Notes: a model not told the origin generated them from the sequence alone. A stretch of 64,000 bases of DNA from Eledone cirrhosa (GCA_964016885.1 OZ024746.1:100812001-100876000), one strand, 5' to 3'. Numbered from the stretch's first letter, positions 21,001 through 35,699 are shown. A program made the numbers and translations.

Positions 21001-24000
21001 ACTTAACATACATTCACACACACATATACTTAACATACATTCACACACACATACACTTAACATACAGTCACACACTCATATACTTCACATACAGTCACAC
21101 ACACATATACTTAACATACAGTCACACACACATATACTTAATATACATTCACACACATATACTTAACATACAGTCACACACATGTACTTAACATACAGTC
21201 ACACACATATATTCTTAACATACAGTCGCACACACATATACTTAACATACAGTCACACACATATATACTTAACATACAGTCACACACTCATATACTTAAC
21301 ATACATTCACACACACATATACTTAACATACATTCACACACACATATACTTAACATACATTCACACACACATATACTTAACATACAGTCACACACATATA
21401 TACTTAACATACAGTCACACACACATATACTTAACATACAGTCACACACACATATACTTAACATACAGTCACACACACATATACTTAACATACATTCACA
21501 CACATATAGTTAACATACAGTCACACACATATACTTAACATACAGTCACACACATATATACTTAACATACAGTCGCACACACATATACTTAACATACAGT
21601 CACACACATATATACTTAACATACAGTCACACACACATATACTTTACATACAGTCACACACACATATACTTAACATACAGTCACACACACATATACTTAA
21701 CATACAGTCACACACACATATACTTAACATACAGTCACACACACATATACTTAACATACAGTCACACACACATATACTTAACATACAGTCACATACACAT
21801 ATACTTAACATACAGTCACACACAAATATACTTAACATACAGTCACACACACATATAATTAACATACAGTCACACACATATACTTCACATACAGTCACAC
21901 ACATATATACTTAACATACAGTCACACACACATATACTTAACATACAGTCACACACACATATACTTAACATACAGTCACACACACATATACTTAACATAC
22001 AGTCACACACACATACTTAACATACAGTCGCACACACATATACCTAACATACAGTCACACACACATATACTTAACATACAGTCACACACACATATACTTA
22101 ACATACAGTCACACACACATATACTTAACATACAGTCACACACACATATACTTAACATACAGTCACACACACATACTTAACATTCAGTCACACACACATA
22201 TACTTAACATACAGTCACACACACATATACTTAACATACAGTCACACACACATATACTTAACATACAGTCACACACACATATACTTAACATACAGTCACA
22301 CACACATACTTAACATTCAGTCACACACACATATACTTAACATACAGTCACACACACATATACTTAACATACAGTCACACACACATACTTAACATTCAGT
22401 CACACACACATATACTTAACATACAGTCACACACACATATACTTAACATACAGTCACACACACACATACTTAACATTCAGTCACACACACATATACTTAA
22501 CATACAGTCACACACATATATACTTAACATACAGTCACACACATATATACTTAACATACAGTCACACACATATATACTTAACATACAGTCACGCACACAT
22601 ATACTTAACATACAGTCACACACATATATACTTAACATACTGTCACGCACACATATACTTAACATACAGTCACACACATATATACTTAACATACAGTCAC
22701 ACACATATATACTTAACATACAGTCACGCACACATATACTTAACATACAGTCACACACATATATACTTAACATACAGTCACGCACACATATACTTAACAT
22801 ACAGTCACACACACATATACTTAACATACAGTCACGCACACATATACTTAACATACAGTCACGCACACATATACTTAACATACAGTCACACACACATATA
22901 CTTAACATACAGTCACACACATATATACTTAACATACAGTCACACACACATATACTTAACATACATTCACACACACATATACTTAACATACAGTCACACA
23001 CACATACTTTACATACAGTCACACACATATATACTTAACATACAGTCACACACATATATACTTAACATACAGTCACACACACATATACTTAACATACAGT
23101 CACACACACATACTTTACATACAGTCACACACATATATACTTAACATACAGTCACACACATATATACTTAACATACAGTCACACACACATATACTTAACA
23201 TACAGTCACACATATACTTAACATACAGTCACGCACACATATACTTAACATACAGTCACGCACACATATACTTAACATACAGTCACACACACATATACTT
23301 AACATACAGTCACACATATATATACTTAACATACAGTCACACACACATACTTCACATACAGTCACACACATATATACTTAACATATAGTCACACACACAT
23401 ATACTTAACATACAGTCACACACATATATACTTAACATACAGTCACACACATATATACTTAACATACAGTCACACACACATATACTTAACATACAGTCAC
23501 ACAGACATATACTTAACATACAGTCACACACACATATACTTAACATACAGTCACACACATATATACTTAACATACAGTCACACACATATATACTTAACAT
23601 ACAGTCACACACACATATACTTAACATACAGTCACGCGCACATATACTTAACATACAGTCACGCACACATATACTTAACATACAGTCACGCACACATATA
23701 CTTAACATACAGTCACACACATATATACTTAACATACAGTCACACACATATATACTTAACATACAGTCACACACATATATACTTAACATACAGTCACACA
23801 CACATATACTTAACATACAGTCACACACACATATACTTAACATACAGTCACACACACATATACTTAACATACAGTCACACACACATATACTTAACATACA
23901 GTCACACACACATATACTTAACATACAGTCACACACACATATACTTAACATACAGTCAAACACACATATACTTAACATACAGTCACACACACACATATAC

Positions 24001-27000
24001 TTAACATACAGTCAAACACACACATATACTTAACATACAGTCACACCTACATATACTTAACATATAGTCACACACATATACTTAACATACAATCATACAG
24101 ACACATTTACTTAACATACAGTCACACACACATATACTTAACATACAGTCACAAACACATATACTTAACATACAGTCACACACACATATACTTAACATAC
24201 AGTCAAACACACATATACTTCACACACAGATACTTAACATACAGTCAAACACACACATATACTTAACATACAGTCACACCTACATATACTTAACATACAA
24301 TCACACACACATATCCTTAACATACAGTCACACACACATATACTTCACATACATTCACACACATATAGTTAACATACAGTCACACACATATACTTAACAT
24401 ACAGTCACACACATATATACTTAACATACAGTCGCACACACATATACTTAACATACAGTCACACACATATATACTTAACATACAGTCACACACACATATA
24501 CTTTACATACAGTCACACACACATATACTTAACATACAGTCACACACACATATACTTAACATACAGTCACACACACATATACTTAACATACAGTCACACA
24601 CACATATACTTAACATACAGTCACACACACATATACTTAACATACAGTCACATACACATATACTTAACATACAGTCACACACAAATATACTTAACATACA
24701 GTCACACACACATATACTTAACATACAGTCACACACATATACTTCACATACAGTCACACACATATATACTTAACATACAGTCACACACACATATACTTAA
24801 CATACAGTCACACACACATATACTTAACATACAGTCACACACACATATACTTAACATACAGTCACACACACATACTTAACATACAGTCGCACACACATAT
24901 ACTTAACATACAGTCACACACACATATACTTAACATACAGTCACACACACATATACTTAACATACAGTTACACACACATATACTTAACATAGAGTCACAC
25001 ACACATATACTTAACATACAGTCACACACACATATACTTAACATACAGTCACACACACATATACTTAACATACAGTCACACACACATACTTAACATTCAG
25101 TCACACACACATATACTTAACATACAGTCACACACACATATGCTTAACATACAGTCACACACACATATACTTAACATACAGTCACACACATATATACTTA
25201 TCATACAGTCACACACATATATACTTAACATACAGTCACACACACATATACTTAACATACAGTAACACACATATATACTTAACATACAGTCACGCACACA
25301 TATACTTAACATACAGTCACACACATATATACTTATCATACAGTCACACACACATATACTTAACATACAGTCACACACACATATACTTAACATACAGTCA
25401 CACACACATACTTAACATTCAGTCACACACACATATACTTAACATACAGTCACACACACATATGCTTAACATACAGTCACACACACATATACTTAACATA
25501 CAGTCACACACATATATACTTATCATACAGTCACACACATATATACTTAACATACAGTCACACACACATATACTTAACATAGAGTCACACACATATATAC
25601 TTAACATACAGTCACGCACACATATACTTAACATACAGTCACACACATATATACTTAACATACTGTCACGCACACATATACTTAACATACAGTCACACAC
25701 ATATATACTTAACATACAGTCACACACATATATACTTAACATACAGTCACGCACACATATACTTAACATACAGTCACACACACATATACTTAACATACAG
25801 TCACACACATATATACTTAACATATAGTCACACACACATATACTTAACATACAGTCACACACACATATACTTAACATACAGTCACGCACACATATACTTA
25901 ACATACAGTCACACACATATATACTTAACATACAGTGACGCACACATATACTTAACATACAGTCACACACACATATACTTAACATACAGTCACGCACACA
26001 TATACTTAACATACAGTCACGCACACATATACTTAACATACAGTCACACACACATATACTTAACATACAGTCACACATATATATACTTAACATACAGTCA
26101 CACACACATATACTTAACATACATTCACACACACATATACTTAACATACAGTCACACACACATACTTAACATACAGTCACACACATATATACTTAACATA
26201 CAGTCACACACATATATACTTAACATACAGTCACACACATATATACTTAACATACAGTCACACACACATATACTTAACATACAGTCACACATATACTTAA
26301 CATACAGTCACACCTACATATACTTAACATATAGTCACACACACATATACTTAACATACAGTCACACACATATATACTTAACATACAGTCACACACATAT
26401 ATACTTAACATACAGTCACACACACACACATATACTTAACATACAGTCACACACACATATACTTAACATACAGTCACACACACATATACTTAACATACAG
26501 TCACACACATATATACTTAACATACAGTCACACACATATATACTTAACATACAGTCACACACACATATACTTAACATACAGTCATGCACACATATACTTA
26601 ACATACAGTCACGCACACATATACTTAACATACAGTCACGCACACATATACTTAACATACAGTCACACACACATATACTTAACATACAGTCACACACACA
26701 TATACTTAACATACAGTCAAACACACATATACTTAACATACAGTCAAACACACACATATACTTAACATACAGTCACACCTACATATACTTAACATATAGT
26801 CACACACATATACTTAACATACAATCATACAGACACATTTACTTAACATACAGTCACACACACATATACTTAACATACAGTCACAAACACATATACTTAA
26901 CATAGTCACACACACATATACTTAACATACAGTCAAACACACATATACTTAACATACAGTCACACACACAGATACTTAACATACAGTCAAACACACACAT

Positions 27001-27106
27001 ATACTTAACATACAGTCACACCTACATATACTTAACATATAGTCACACACATATACTTAACATTCAATCATACAGACACATATACTCAACACAGTCACAC
27101 ATACAT
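1..27106. repeat. 27-bp tandem satellite, ~1000 copies, consensus CTTAACATACAGTCACACACACATATA; runs off the left edge; probably intronic in gene A
   Basis: Continuous 27-bp periodicity with G/T, C/T and CA-count variants. The 9-aa periodic ORFs reflect the same unit. Units degenerate near 27.0-27.1 kb. Confidence 0.99.
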
Positions 27107-27157
27107 AATTGTTCACATTATTCACATTTCAGTTGCTATTTTCCTATTTCCTTTCAG

Positions 27158-27213
27158 CTGTGAGGATGGTTGGAGAAACGAACATTGTGATCGACAAGTT
27201 GAAGAAATCCATG
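27158..27213 (+). CDS. Gene A internal exon: C-terminal half of an EGF-like module (x-CEDGWRNEHCDRQVEEIH)
   Basis: Acceptor ttttcctatttcctttcAG and donor G|GTataa; 56 bp, phase 2 to phase 1. C-x2-G-W-x4-C matches the final loop of EGF-like domains. Joins in frame to 29916. Confidence 0.82.
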
Positions 27214-27243
27214 GTATAACTAAAGTTTAATAATAACTTTCAC

Positions 27244-27395
27244 TTTTGGCACAAGGCCATTATAACCTCAGTACATTACTGGTACTTTATTTTATCGACC
27301 CAGTAAGGATGAAAGGCAAAGTTAACCTCGGCGGGATTTAAAATCAGACCGTAAAGGGACGTAACTCTATGCGTCAAAGCATGGCATCCGATGTT
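27244..27395 (-). mobile_element. tRNA-derived SINE (Deu/Nin-domain-like), 5'-truncated
   Basis: Reverse complement contains GAGGTTAACTTTGCCTTTCATCCTTAC...GTCGATAAAATAAAGTACCAGT, the same family as 46381-46605. Confidence 0.85.
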
Positions 27396-27399
27396 GGAT

Positions 27400-27578
27400 A
27401 ATAATAATGGCCCAAGGCCAGTAATTTTGAGGTAGGGGAAGTTGATTAAATCGACCCCAGTGTGTGACTGGTACTTTATTTTATCAACCCCGTAAGGATG
27501 AAAGGCAAAGTTAATCTTGGCGGAATTTGAACTCAGAACGTAAAGGGCCATACCTCTATGATGCAAAGCATGGCGTAT
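27400..27578 (-). mobile_element. tRNA-derived SINE (Deu/Nin-domain-like), second adjacent copy
   Basis: Same core plus a B-box-like GAGTTCAAATTCC on the minus strand and an (ATT)n tail. Confidence 0.85.
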
Positions 27579-28079
27579 AATAATACTGATTTCTTTATTA
27601 GCCATACAGGGCTGACATTAAGAAAAACATTAAGAACAGTACAGGACAAAATATTGTGTGTTGATGTATGTTGATTGAAGTAACAATAACGTATTAACAA
27701 TGGGTATCATCTCAATAATGCCGTTGTAAGGGGGGTGGTTAATCAATAAGTATTCCTCAGTATGGAGGAGACATCCAAGGGTTACTCTTTGAAAAACTAC
27801 AGTTGGTCAGGCCACAAATGCCCTCTCACAGTTCCCCAGCCACAATTTACAGCCGTATATTCAGGGCAGTTCACTCAGGCCATGCTTGCCACTCTCATCC
27901 ACCTTTCAACAAAATGGCTGGAAGGCAACACTTCCGTTTCCACCCTAATTTTCTCCTTCAAGTGAAACTTGAAGAAGTTGAGGAATTTGCCAAAGAGGAA
28001 AATATTTGTCTTCAGCCCCTTCAAACATCTCCACTATATGTTTGATTTGTATGTATGTGGGTAGTGTAATCTTTGGCTG

Positions 28080-28637
28080 GGGGTGTGGTCAGTTTCTACA
28101 GTCTTCTAGGGGGTGTGGTCAGTTTCTACAGTGTTCTGGGGTGTGTGGTCAGTTTCTACAGTCTTCTAGGGGGTTGGTCAGTTTCTACAGTGTTCTGGGG
28201 TGTGTGGTCAGTTTCTACAGTTTTCTTGGGGGTGTGGTCAGTTTCTACAGTCTTCTGGGGTGTCTGGTCAGTTTCTACAGTCTTCTGGGGGGGGGGGTCA
28301 GTTTCTACAGTTTTCTAAGGGGTGTGGTCAGTTTCTACAGTGTTCTGGGGTGTGTGGTCAGTTTCTACAGTGTTCGGGGGGGGGTGTGGTCAGTTTCTAC
28401 AGTCTTCTAGGAGGTGTGGTTAGTTTCTACAGTGTTCTGGGGGGTGTGGTCAGTTTCTACAGTGTTCTGGGGTGTGTGGTCAGTTTCTACAGTTTTCTAA
28501 GGGGTGTGGTCAGTTTCTACAGTTTTCGGGGGGGGGGGGGCAGTTTCTACAGTCTTCTAGGGTTTGTGGTCAGTTTCTACAGTGTTCTGGGGGTGTGGTC
28601 AGTTTCTACAGTGTTCTGAGTGTGTGGTCAGTTTCTG
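28080..28637. repeat. ~30-31-bp minisatellite (GTGTGGTCAGTTTCTACAGT[C/G/T]TTCT[A/G]GGG), ~18 copies
   Basis: Near-invariant GGTCAGTTTCTACAGT core with G-runs of variable length. Confidence 0.97.
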
Positions 28638-28899
28638 GCTGTGTAATATGTGGAGTTTGTGTTATTTTGTTTTTTGCAGATGAGGGTCTGGTTGTTTGGG
28701 ATGTTGTTGTTGTGGTGTTGGTACGTGGAGTTGTGGTTGGTGATGTTACTGTTGTTGTTGGTAACGGTGACCATGCGTTGCCATTATTTGACTCATTGTT
28801 TTAAACTTTTTATTTATTTCTGTTTCGCCATCTATTTTGAGGGAAAAGATGGAGGGTTTTCGGTTTTTCTTTTTCTTGTGGCTGACAGCTTGCCATTCT

Positions 28900-29160
28900 C
28901 AATCTTGAGCAAGATACTTTATTTCATGTTGCCGCAGTTTACTCAGCTGTAGAAATGAGTTGCGACGTCACTGATTCCAAGCTGTATCAGTTATTGCCTT
29001 TCCGTTGGACAACATCGGTGGCATGGTGAGGGGAGACTGGTTTGAATGGGTGACTCCTGATCTTCCACAAAAATGCCTTGCTCAGACATGTGCCTTAGAA
29101 GGGTACTTTCTAGGTGCTAATCTCATGGTCATTTGTGAGCGAAGGGGGTCGCCGTCTTGT
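28900..29160 (+). mobile_element. SINE of a second family (CORE-like central domain), 5'-truncated
   Basis: CTTGAGCAAGATACTTTATTTCATGTTGC...TTTACTCAGCTGTAGAAATGAG is the reverse complement of the core at 56070-56130. Confidence 0.65.
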
Positions 29161-29529
29161 TTGGGAGAAGCTATGAATATATTTATATAATTCTACTATA
29201 AGATACATGTTTAATGGAAAGTTAAAAGTTTTTGTTGAGTATCAGTCATGCTTGAAAACTGAAATTTAAGACATTTTCCATTTATATAATAGACTTGTTT
29301 ACACAGGCTGATCCTGAGCAAATTGAGTTGAAGATGAGGACCCACCAAACTGTTAAAATAAAATTATTTTGATACTGTGTTTGAACTATTCCTCTTATTT
29401 AAAATACTCATAGCAAGACTTGTAAAAATCTATTATACGTAAACATATCATATCGACAGTCGATCGACTTTCGTCAAATGTCTCCATTAGTCTTTCCAAT
29501 TGCTAATATTATCTATCGGTTGTAACTCC

Positions 29530-29650
29530 AGGTAGAAGGAGCACCGTGAAATAAAGTGTCTTGCCCAAGGACATAATGCATCGCTTGGTCCGGGAATCAC
29601 AACCTCATGATTGCGAATCTAATTCTCTAACTACTCAGCCACGTGCCTTC
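29530..29650 (-). mobile_element. SINE head fragment (tRNA-like head plus CORE-like domain)
   Basis: GTGAAATAAAGTGTCTTGCCCAAGGA...GCCACGTGCCT matches 56106-56215. Confidence 0.7.
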
Positions 29651-29915
29651 ATATATGTCTTCATATACACCTCTCTTATGAATCACACCATGCTAGAGCT
29701 ACTGCTAAACGTTTTTAATTGATTCAATTAATACTTTTCAATGTAATAACTTCTTTTGAAAACCAATAATAGTTTATTCTAGAGTTACAGGTCCATGCAT
29801 ACACATGTATAAGTAGATGGTAAAATAGTGAGAAGGAATGAAAGAGGGCAAAGTTTACAAAAACTCATCATTTAATATTAATTATGTATTTAAAATTCCG
29901 TTCTTTTTTTTCTAG

Positions 29916-30000
29916 ACTTTCGAGTTGCCTTAATTACAGTTGGATCTGTGCTGGGAATTCTGTGTCTTATCTTATTTGCAGTGATTGTCTATGTGATATG
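29916..30000 (+). CDS. Gene A transmembrane exon (D-FRVALITVGSVLGILCLILFAVIVYVI-W)
   Basis: Acceptor ttcttttttttctAG and donor TG|GTaaat; 85 bp, phase 1 to phase 2. Encodes a ~25-residue hydrophobic helix. Both phases match the neighbouring exons. Confidence 0.88.
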
Positions 30001-30234
30001 GTAAATTATATTTTATTTATATTCCAACCTCAAAACTGTGTCAGAGGGTCAAGAAGACCCTATAACTAGTGTTGGTGCCATGATAAAATACATTTGGTAG
30101 AATATAGGAGCATATGTCAGACTTCCAGCCCACATGCAAGTCAGTGGCTTTGCTTCAGTATTGACCAATCAGTGGAGATCTGCTCAACGTTTCCTAGCAG
30201 AGAAAACGGATGCTAAACATATTTTTCTAGATAA

Positions 30235-32147
30235 CACCACTATATATATACTATTACAGTACTATATATATACTATTACAGCACTATATATACACTATTA
30301 CAGCACTATATATACACTATTACAGCACTATATATACACTATTACAGCACTATATATACACTATTACAGCACTATATATACTATTACAGCAATATATATA
30401 CACTATTACAGCACTATATATACTATTACACCAATATATATATACACTATTAGAGCACTATATATACTATTACACCAATATATATATATACACTATTACA
30501 GCACTATATATACACTATTACAGCACTATATATATACTATTACAGCACTATATATATACTATTACAGCACTATATATACACTATTACAGCACTATATATA
30601 CACTATTACAGCACTATATATACACTATTACAGCACTATATATACACTATTACAGCACTATATATACACTATTACAGCACTATATATATATACTATTACA
30701 GCACTATATATATACTATTACAGCACTATATATATACTATTACAGCACTATATATATACTATTACAGCACTATATATATACTATTACAGCACTATATATA
30801 CACTATTACAGCACTATATATACACTATTACAGCACTATATATATACTATTACAGCACTATATATATACTATTACAGCACTATATATATACTATTACAGC
30901 TCTATATATATACTATTGCAGCACTATATATATACCATTACAGCACTATATATACACTATTACACCAATATATATATACACTATTACAGCACTATATATA
31001 CTATTACACCAATATATATATACACTATTACAGCACTATATATATACTATTACAGCACTATATATATACTATTACAGCACTATATATATACTATTACAGC
31101 ACTATATATACACTATTACAGCACTATATATATACTATTACAGCCCTATATATACACTATTACAGCACTATATATACTATTACACCAATATATATATACA
31201 CTATTACAGCACTATATATATACTATTACAGCACTATATATACACTATTACAGCACTATATATATACTATTACAGCACTATATATATACTATTACAGCAC
31301 TCTATATATACTATTACAGCACTATATATACACTATTACAGCACTATATATACACTATTACAGCACTATATATACACTATTACAGCACTATATATACACT
31401 ATTACAGCACTATATATACACTATTACAGCACTATATATATACTATTACAGCACTATATATATACTATTACAGCACTATATATATACTATTACAGCACTA
31501 TATATATACTATTACAGCACTATATATATACTATTACAGCACTATATATATACTATTACAGCACTATATATATATACTATTACAGCACTATATATATACT
31601 ATTACAGCACTATATATACACTATTACAGCACTATATATACACTATTACAGCACTATATATACACTATTACAGCACTATATATATACTATTACAGCACTA
31701 TATATATACTATTACAGCACTATATATATACTATTACAGCACTATATATACACTATTACAGTACTATATATATACTATTACAGCATTACATATACACTAT
31801 TCCACCACTATATATATACTATTACAGCACTATATATATACTATTACACTAATATATATACACTATTACAGCACTATATATACTATTACACCAATATATA
31901 TATACACTATTACAGCATTACATATACACTATTACACCACTATATAAATATTATTACAGCACTATATATATACTATTACACCACTATATATACACTATTA
32001 CAGCACTATATATATACTATTACAGCACTATATATATACTATTACAGCACTATATATACACTATTACAGCACTATATATATACTATTACACCACTATATA
32101 TATATACTATTACACCACTATATATACATACTATTACACCTCTATAT
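30235..32147. repeat. 22-bp minisatellite (CTATTACAGCACTATATATA[T/C]A), ~85 copies
   Basis: 22-bp periodicity with TA-count variation and a recurring CTATTACACCAATATA variant. Confidence 0.98.
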
Positions 32148-34532
32148 GTCAGCACTAACTTCTGGTGTGAGATGGTATGTCACCACTAACTACTGCTGTT
32201 GTGAGATGTTATGTCACCACTAAGTGTTGTGAAATGGTATGTCACCACTAACATCTGCTGTTGTGAGATGGTATGTCACCACTAACTTTTGGTGTTGTGA
32301 GATGGTATGTCATCACTAACTTCTCATGTTGTGAGATGGTATGTCAGCACTAACTTCTCATGTTGTGAGATGGTATGTCAGCACTAACTTCTGATGTTGT
32401 GAGATGGTATGTAACCACTAACTTCTGGTGTAGTGAGATGGTATGTCACCACTAACCTCTGGTGTTGTGAAATGGTATGACAGTACTAACTTCTGGTGTT
32501 GTGAGATGTTATGTCTTCACTAACCTCTGGTGTTGTGAGATGGTATGTCAGCACTAACTTCTGGTGTTGTGAGATGTTATGACAGCACTAACTTCTCATG
32601 TTGTCAGATGGTATGTCAGCACTAACTTCTGGTGTTGTGAGATGGTATGTCACAACTAACTTCTCATGTTGTGAGATGGTATGCCACCAATAACTTTTGG
32701 TGTTGTGAGATGTTATGTCAACACTAACTTTTGGTGTTGTGAGATGTTATGTCAACACTAACTTCTGGTGTTGTGAGATGGTATGTCATCACTAACTTCT
32801 CATGTTGTAAGATGGTATGTCAGCACTAACTTCTGGTGTTGTGAGATGGTATGTCAGCACTAACATCTGGTGTAGTGAGATGGTATTTCACCACTAACAT
32901 CTGGTGTTGTGAGATGTTATGTCACCACTAACTTCTGGTGTTGTGAGATTGTATGACAGCACTAACTTCTCATGTTGTGAAATGGTATGCCACCACTAAC
33001 TTTTGGTGTTGTGAGATTTTATGTCAACACTAACTTCTGGTGTTGTGAGATGGTATGTCTCCACTAACTTCTGGTGTTGTGAGATGGTATGCCACCATTA
33101 ACTTCTGATGGAGTGAGATGGTATGTCAGCACTAACTTCTGGTGTTGTGAGATGGTATGTCAGCACTAAATTCTTATATTGTGAGATGTTATGTTACAAC
33201 TAACTTCTGATGTTGTGATATAGTATGTCACAACTAACTTTTGGTGTTGTGAGATGTTATGTCAACATTAACTTCTGGTGTTGTGAGATGTTATGTCTTC
33301 ACTATCTTCTGGTGTTGTGAGATGTTATGTCAGCACTAACTTCTGCTGTTGTGAGATGGTATGTCACCACTAACATCTGGTGTAGTGAGATGTTATGTCA
33401 CCACTAACTTCTGGTGTTGTGAGATTGTATGACAGCACTAACTTCTCATGTTGTGAAATGGTATGTCACCACTAACTTTTGGTCTTGTGAGATGTTATGT
33501 TAACACTAACTTCTGGTGTTGTGAGATGGTATGTCACCACTAACTTCTGGTGTTGTGAGATGGTATGCCTCCACTAACTTCTGATGGTGTTAGATGGTAT
33601 GTCAGCACTAACTTCTAGTGTTGTGAGATGGTATGTCAGCACTAAATTCTTATATTGTGAGATGTTATGTCCCAACTAACTTCTGATGTTGTGAGATGGT
33701 ATGTCTTCACTATCTTCTGGTGTTGTGAGATGGTATGTCACAACAAATTTCTGGTGTTGTGAGATGTTATGTCAGCACTACCCTCTGGTGTTGTGATATG
33801 TTATGTCACCACTAACTTCTGGTGTTGTGAGATGGTATGTCACCACTAACTTCTCATGTTGCGAGATGGTATGTCACCACTAACTTCTGGTGTTGTGAGG
33901 TAGTATGTCAGCACTAACTTCTGGTGTAGTGAGATGTTATGTCGTCACTAACCTCTGGTGTTGTGAGATTGTATGACAGCACTAACTTCTCATGTTGTGA
34001 GGTGTTATGTCAGCACTAACTTTTGGTGTTGTGAGATGTTATGTCAACACTAACTTCTGGTGTTGTGAGATGGTATTTCAGCACTAACTTCTCATGTTGT
34101 GAGATGGTATGTCATACTAAATTCTGGTGTTGTGAGATTGTATGACAGCACTAACTTCTCATGTTGTGAGATGGTATGTCACCACTAACTTCTCATGTTG
34201 TGAGATGTTATGTCAGCACTAACTTCTGGTGTTGTGAGATGGTATGTCACCACTAACTTCTGCTGTTGTGAGGTGGTATGTCACCACTAACTTCTGGTGT
34301 TGTGAGATGTTATGTCAGCACTAACTTCTCATGTTGTGAGATGGTATGTCACCACTAACTTCTGCTGTTGTGAGGTGGTATGTCACCACTAACATCTGGT
34401 GTTGTGAGATGTTATGTCAGCACTAACTTTTGGTGTTGTGAGATGGTATGTCACCACTAACTTCTGGTGTTGTGAGATGTTATGTCACCACTAACTTCTG
34501 GTGTTGTGAGATGTTATGTCACCACTAACTTC
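32148..34532. repeat. 34-bp minisatellite (TGTGAGATGGTATGTCA[C/G]CACTAACTTCTGGTGT), ~70 diverged copies
   Basis: 34-bp periodicity; directly abuts the 22-bp array. Confidence 0.98.
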
Positions 34533-34628
34533 ATAGCAATGTCATGGCTTATATCTTAAGTTTTAGATGCTTCAACTTATGTTTACATCATTATTTTTCA
34601 TACCAATTTATTTTATATTTTCTCTCAG

Positions 34629-34731
34629 GAAATTCAGAAAGTCTGGAAAACAGAAAAAAACTGTTTGGTGTGGAATACCCAGAGTATGTACCAATAATGC
34701 GAATAATATGAAATTGCATAGTACAGACGAT
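34629..34731 (+). CDS. Gene A juxtamembrane cytoplasmic exon (KFRKSGKQKKTVWCGIPRVCTNNANNMKLHSTDD)
   Basis: Acceptor ttttctctcAG and donor GAT|GTgagt; 103 bp, phase 2 to phase 0. The basic cluster directly follows the TM helix (positive-inside rule). Confidence 0.85.
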
Positions 34732-34817
34732 GTGAGTCCCATTGATCCATGTAACCTTTTGCATTCAGTTTCTTATATTATACTTCCAAATGTAATAACT
34801 TTGTTTTAAATGTATTC

Positions 34818-35098
34818 ATATCATCATCAGCATCGCCGTTTTATATCCATTCCTCTACGCTAGCATCGGTTAGACAGGTTGTCCTGTTGTCAACAATGCC
34901 AGGTCGGCTGACCTTGCCTTGCTCATACAGAACTGATTCTGGCTTGATTTCTACAGCTGGATGCCCTTAACACCAACCTCATTTACAGTGAGTGCTGGGT
35001 GCTTTTTTCCGTGGTGCCTACATGTCCACTTTACAGTGTGGGCTGGGTGTTTTTTTGTCGTGACACCTCCACAATCACTTTACAGTGGGAGGGGTGTG
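34818..35098 (-). mobile_element. Short RTE-tail-related retroposon with (GAT)n tail
   Basis: (CAT)n start on + followed by TTCTACAGCTGGATGCCCTT...TTTACAGTG. Same family at 36660-36918, 55880, 57143, 62262 and 63170. Confidence 0.7.
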
Positions 35099-35699
35099 TA
35101 GGCATATTGTCTATATTCTTCAGCTTAGGCCTGTACCCGCGGGATATCAGGTCTTCTATATTACTGCATAACACCATAGAGATTGGAAAATTAAAGCTGC
35201 ATTTTCTTGTGTTTTTTCCATGCTAACATCATCTGAACAATAATTTTTTTTTTATATTTTCATTTATATAGCTTGTTAGATTGTATGATTTATAGTTAGA
35301 TTATCTTCTCTTTGAACTGTGCTGTTTGCTTGTTATTTTTTCTGTTAAGCTGACTGAGACAAGTTTAATAATACATTCTTTTAAGGCACAAAATAATATA
35401 CTGACTTATTTTAAACTCATCACCTTTGTCCCATAGATTCACCATCTCAATTATTCAAACACTCATCATAAAAATATTTATGAATTACTATTGCAATAAG
35501 TAAAGGTTCTTTCTTGTGTGGACTCCATTGAAAAAGTGAAATGTCTAAATGAAGTTACATAACTTACCATAGAGTTAGCTATATATACAAATGAGCATTT
35601 CCAACCAATGTTTCATATGCAAAAAACATATAAGCAATAGCTTATTCTTGTTTCAGTAAAGAGGAATAAATGTCACCAATGATGGATACTATTCAGAAA

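Noticed and set aside
85-26757. Long His-rich (+) and Cys-rich (-) ORFs of up to 808 aa
   Set aside because: They are translations of a 27-bp unit that is stop-free in some frames. CA indels shift frames freely and there is no unique coding sequence.
27755-28030. GC-richer island as a possible extra gene A exon
   Set aside because: No convincing splice pair, and the flanking exons already join in phase. It may be an old LINE remnant but I cannot support a call.
28006-28952. Overlapping Gly/Val-rich ORFs
   Set aside because: They derive from the 30-bp minisatellite and GTT-rich low-complexity sequence.
30134-31947. 572-aa and 343-aa Tyr/Ile/Thr-rich ORFs
   Set aside because: Artefact of the 22-bp array cycling through frames, and located inside a gene A intron.
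1-34532. CRISPR-like appearance of the 22-34-bp repeat arrays
   Set aside because: Units are contiguous with no unique spacers, there are no cas genes, and the context is eukaryotic.
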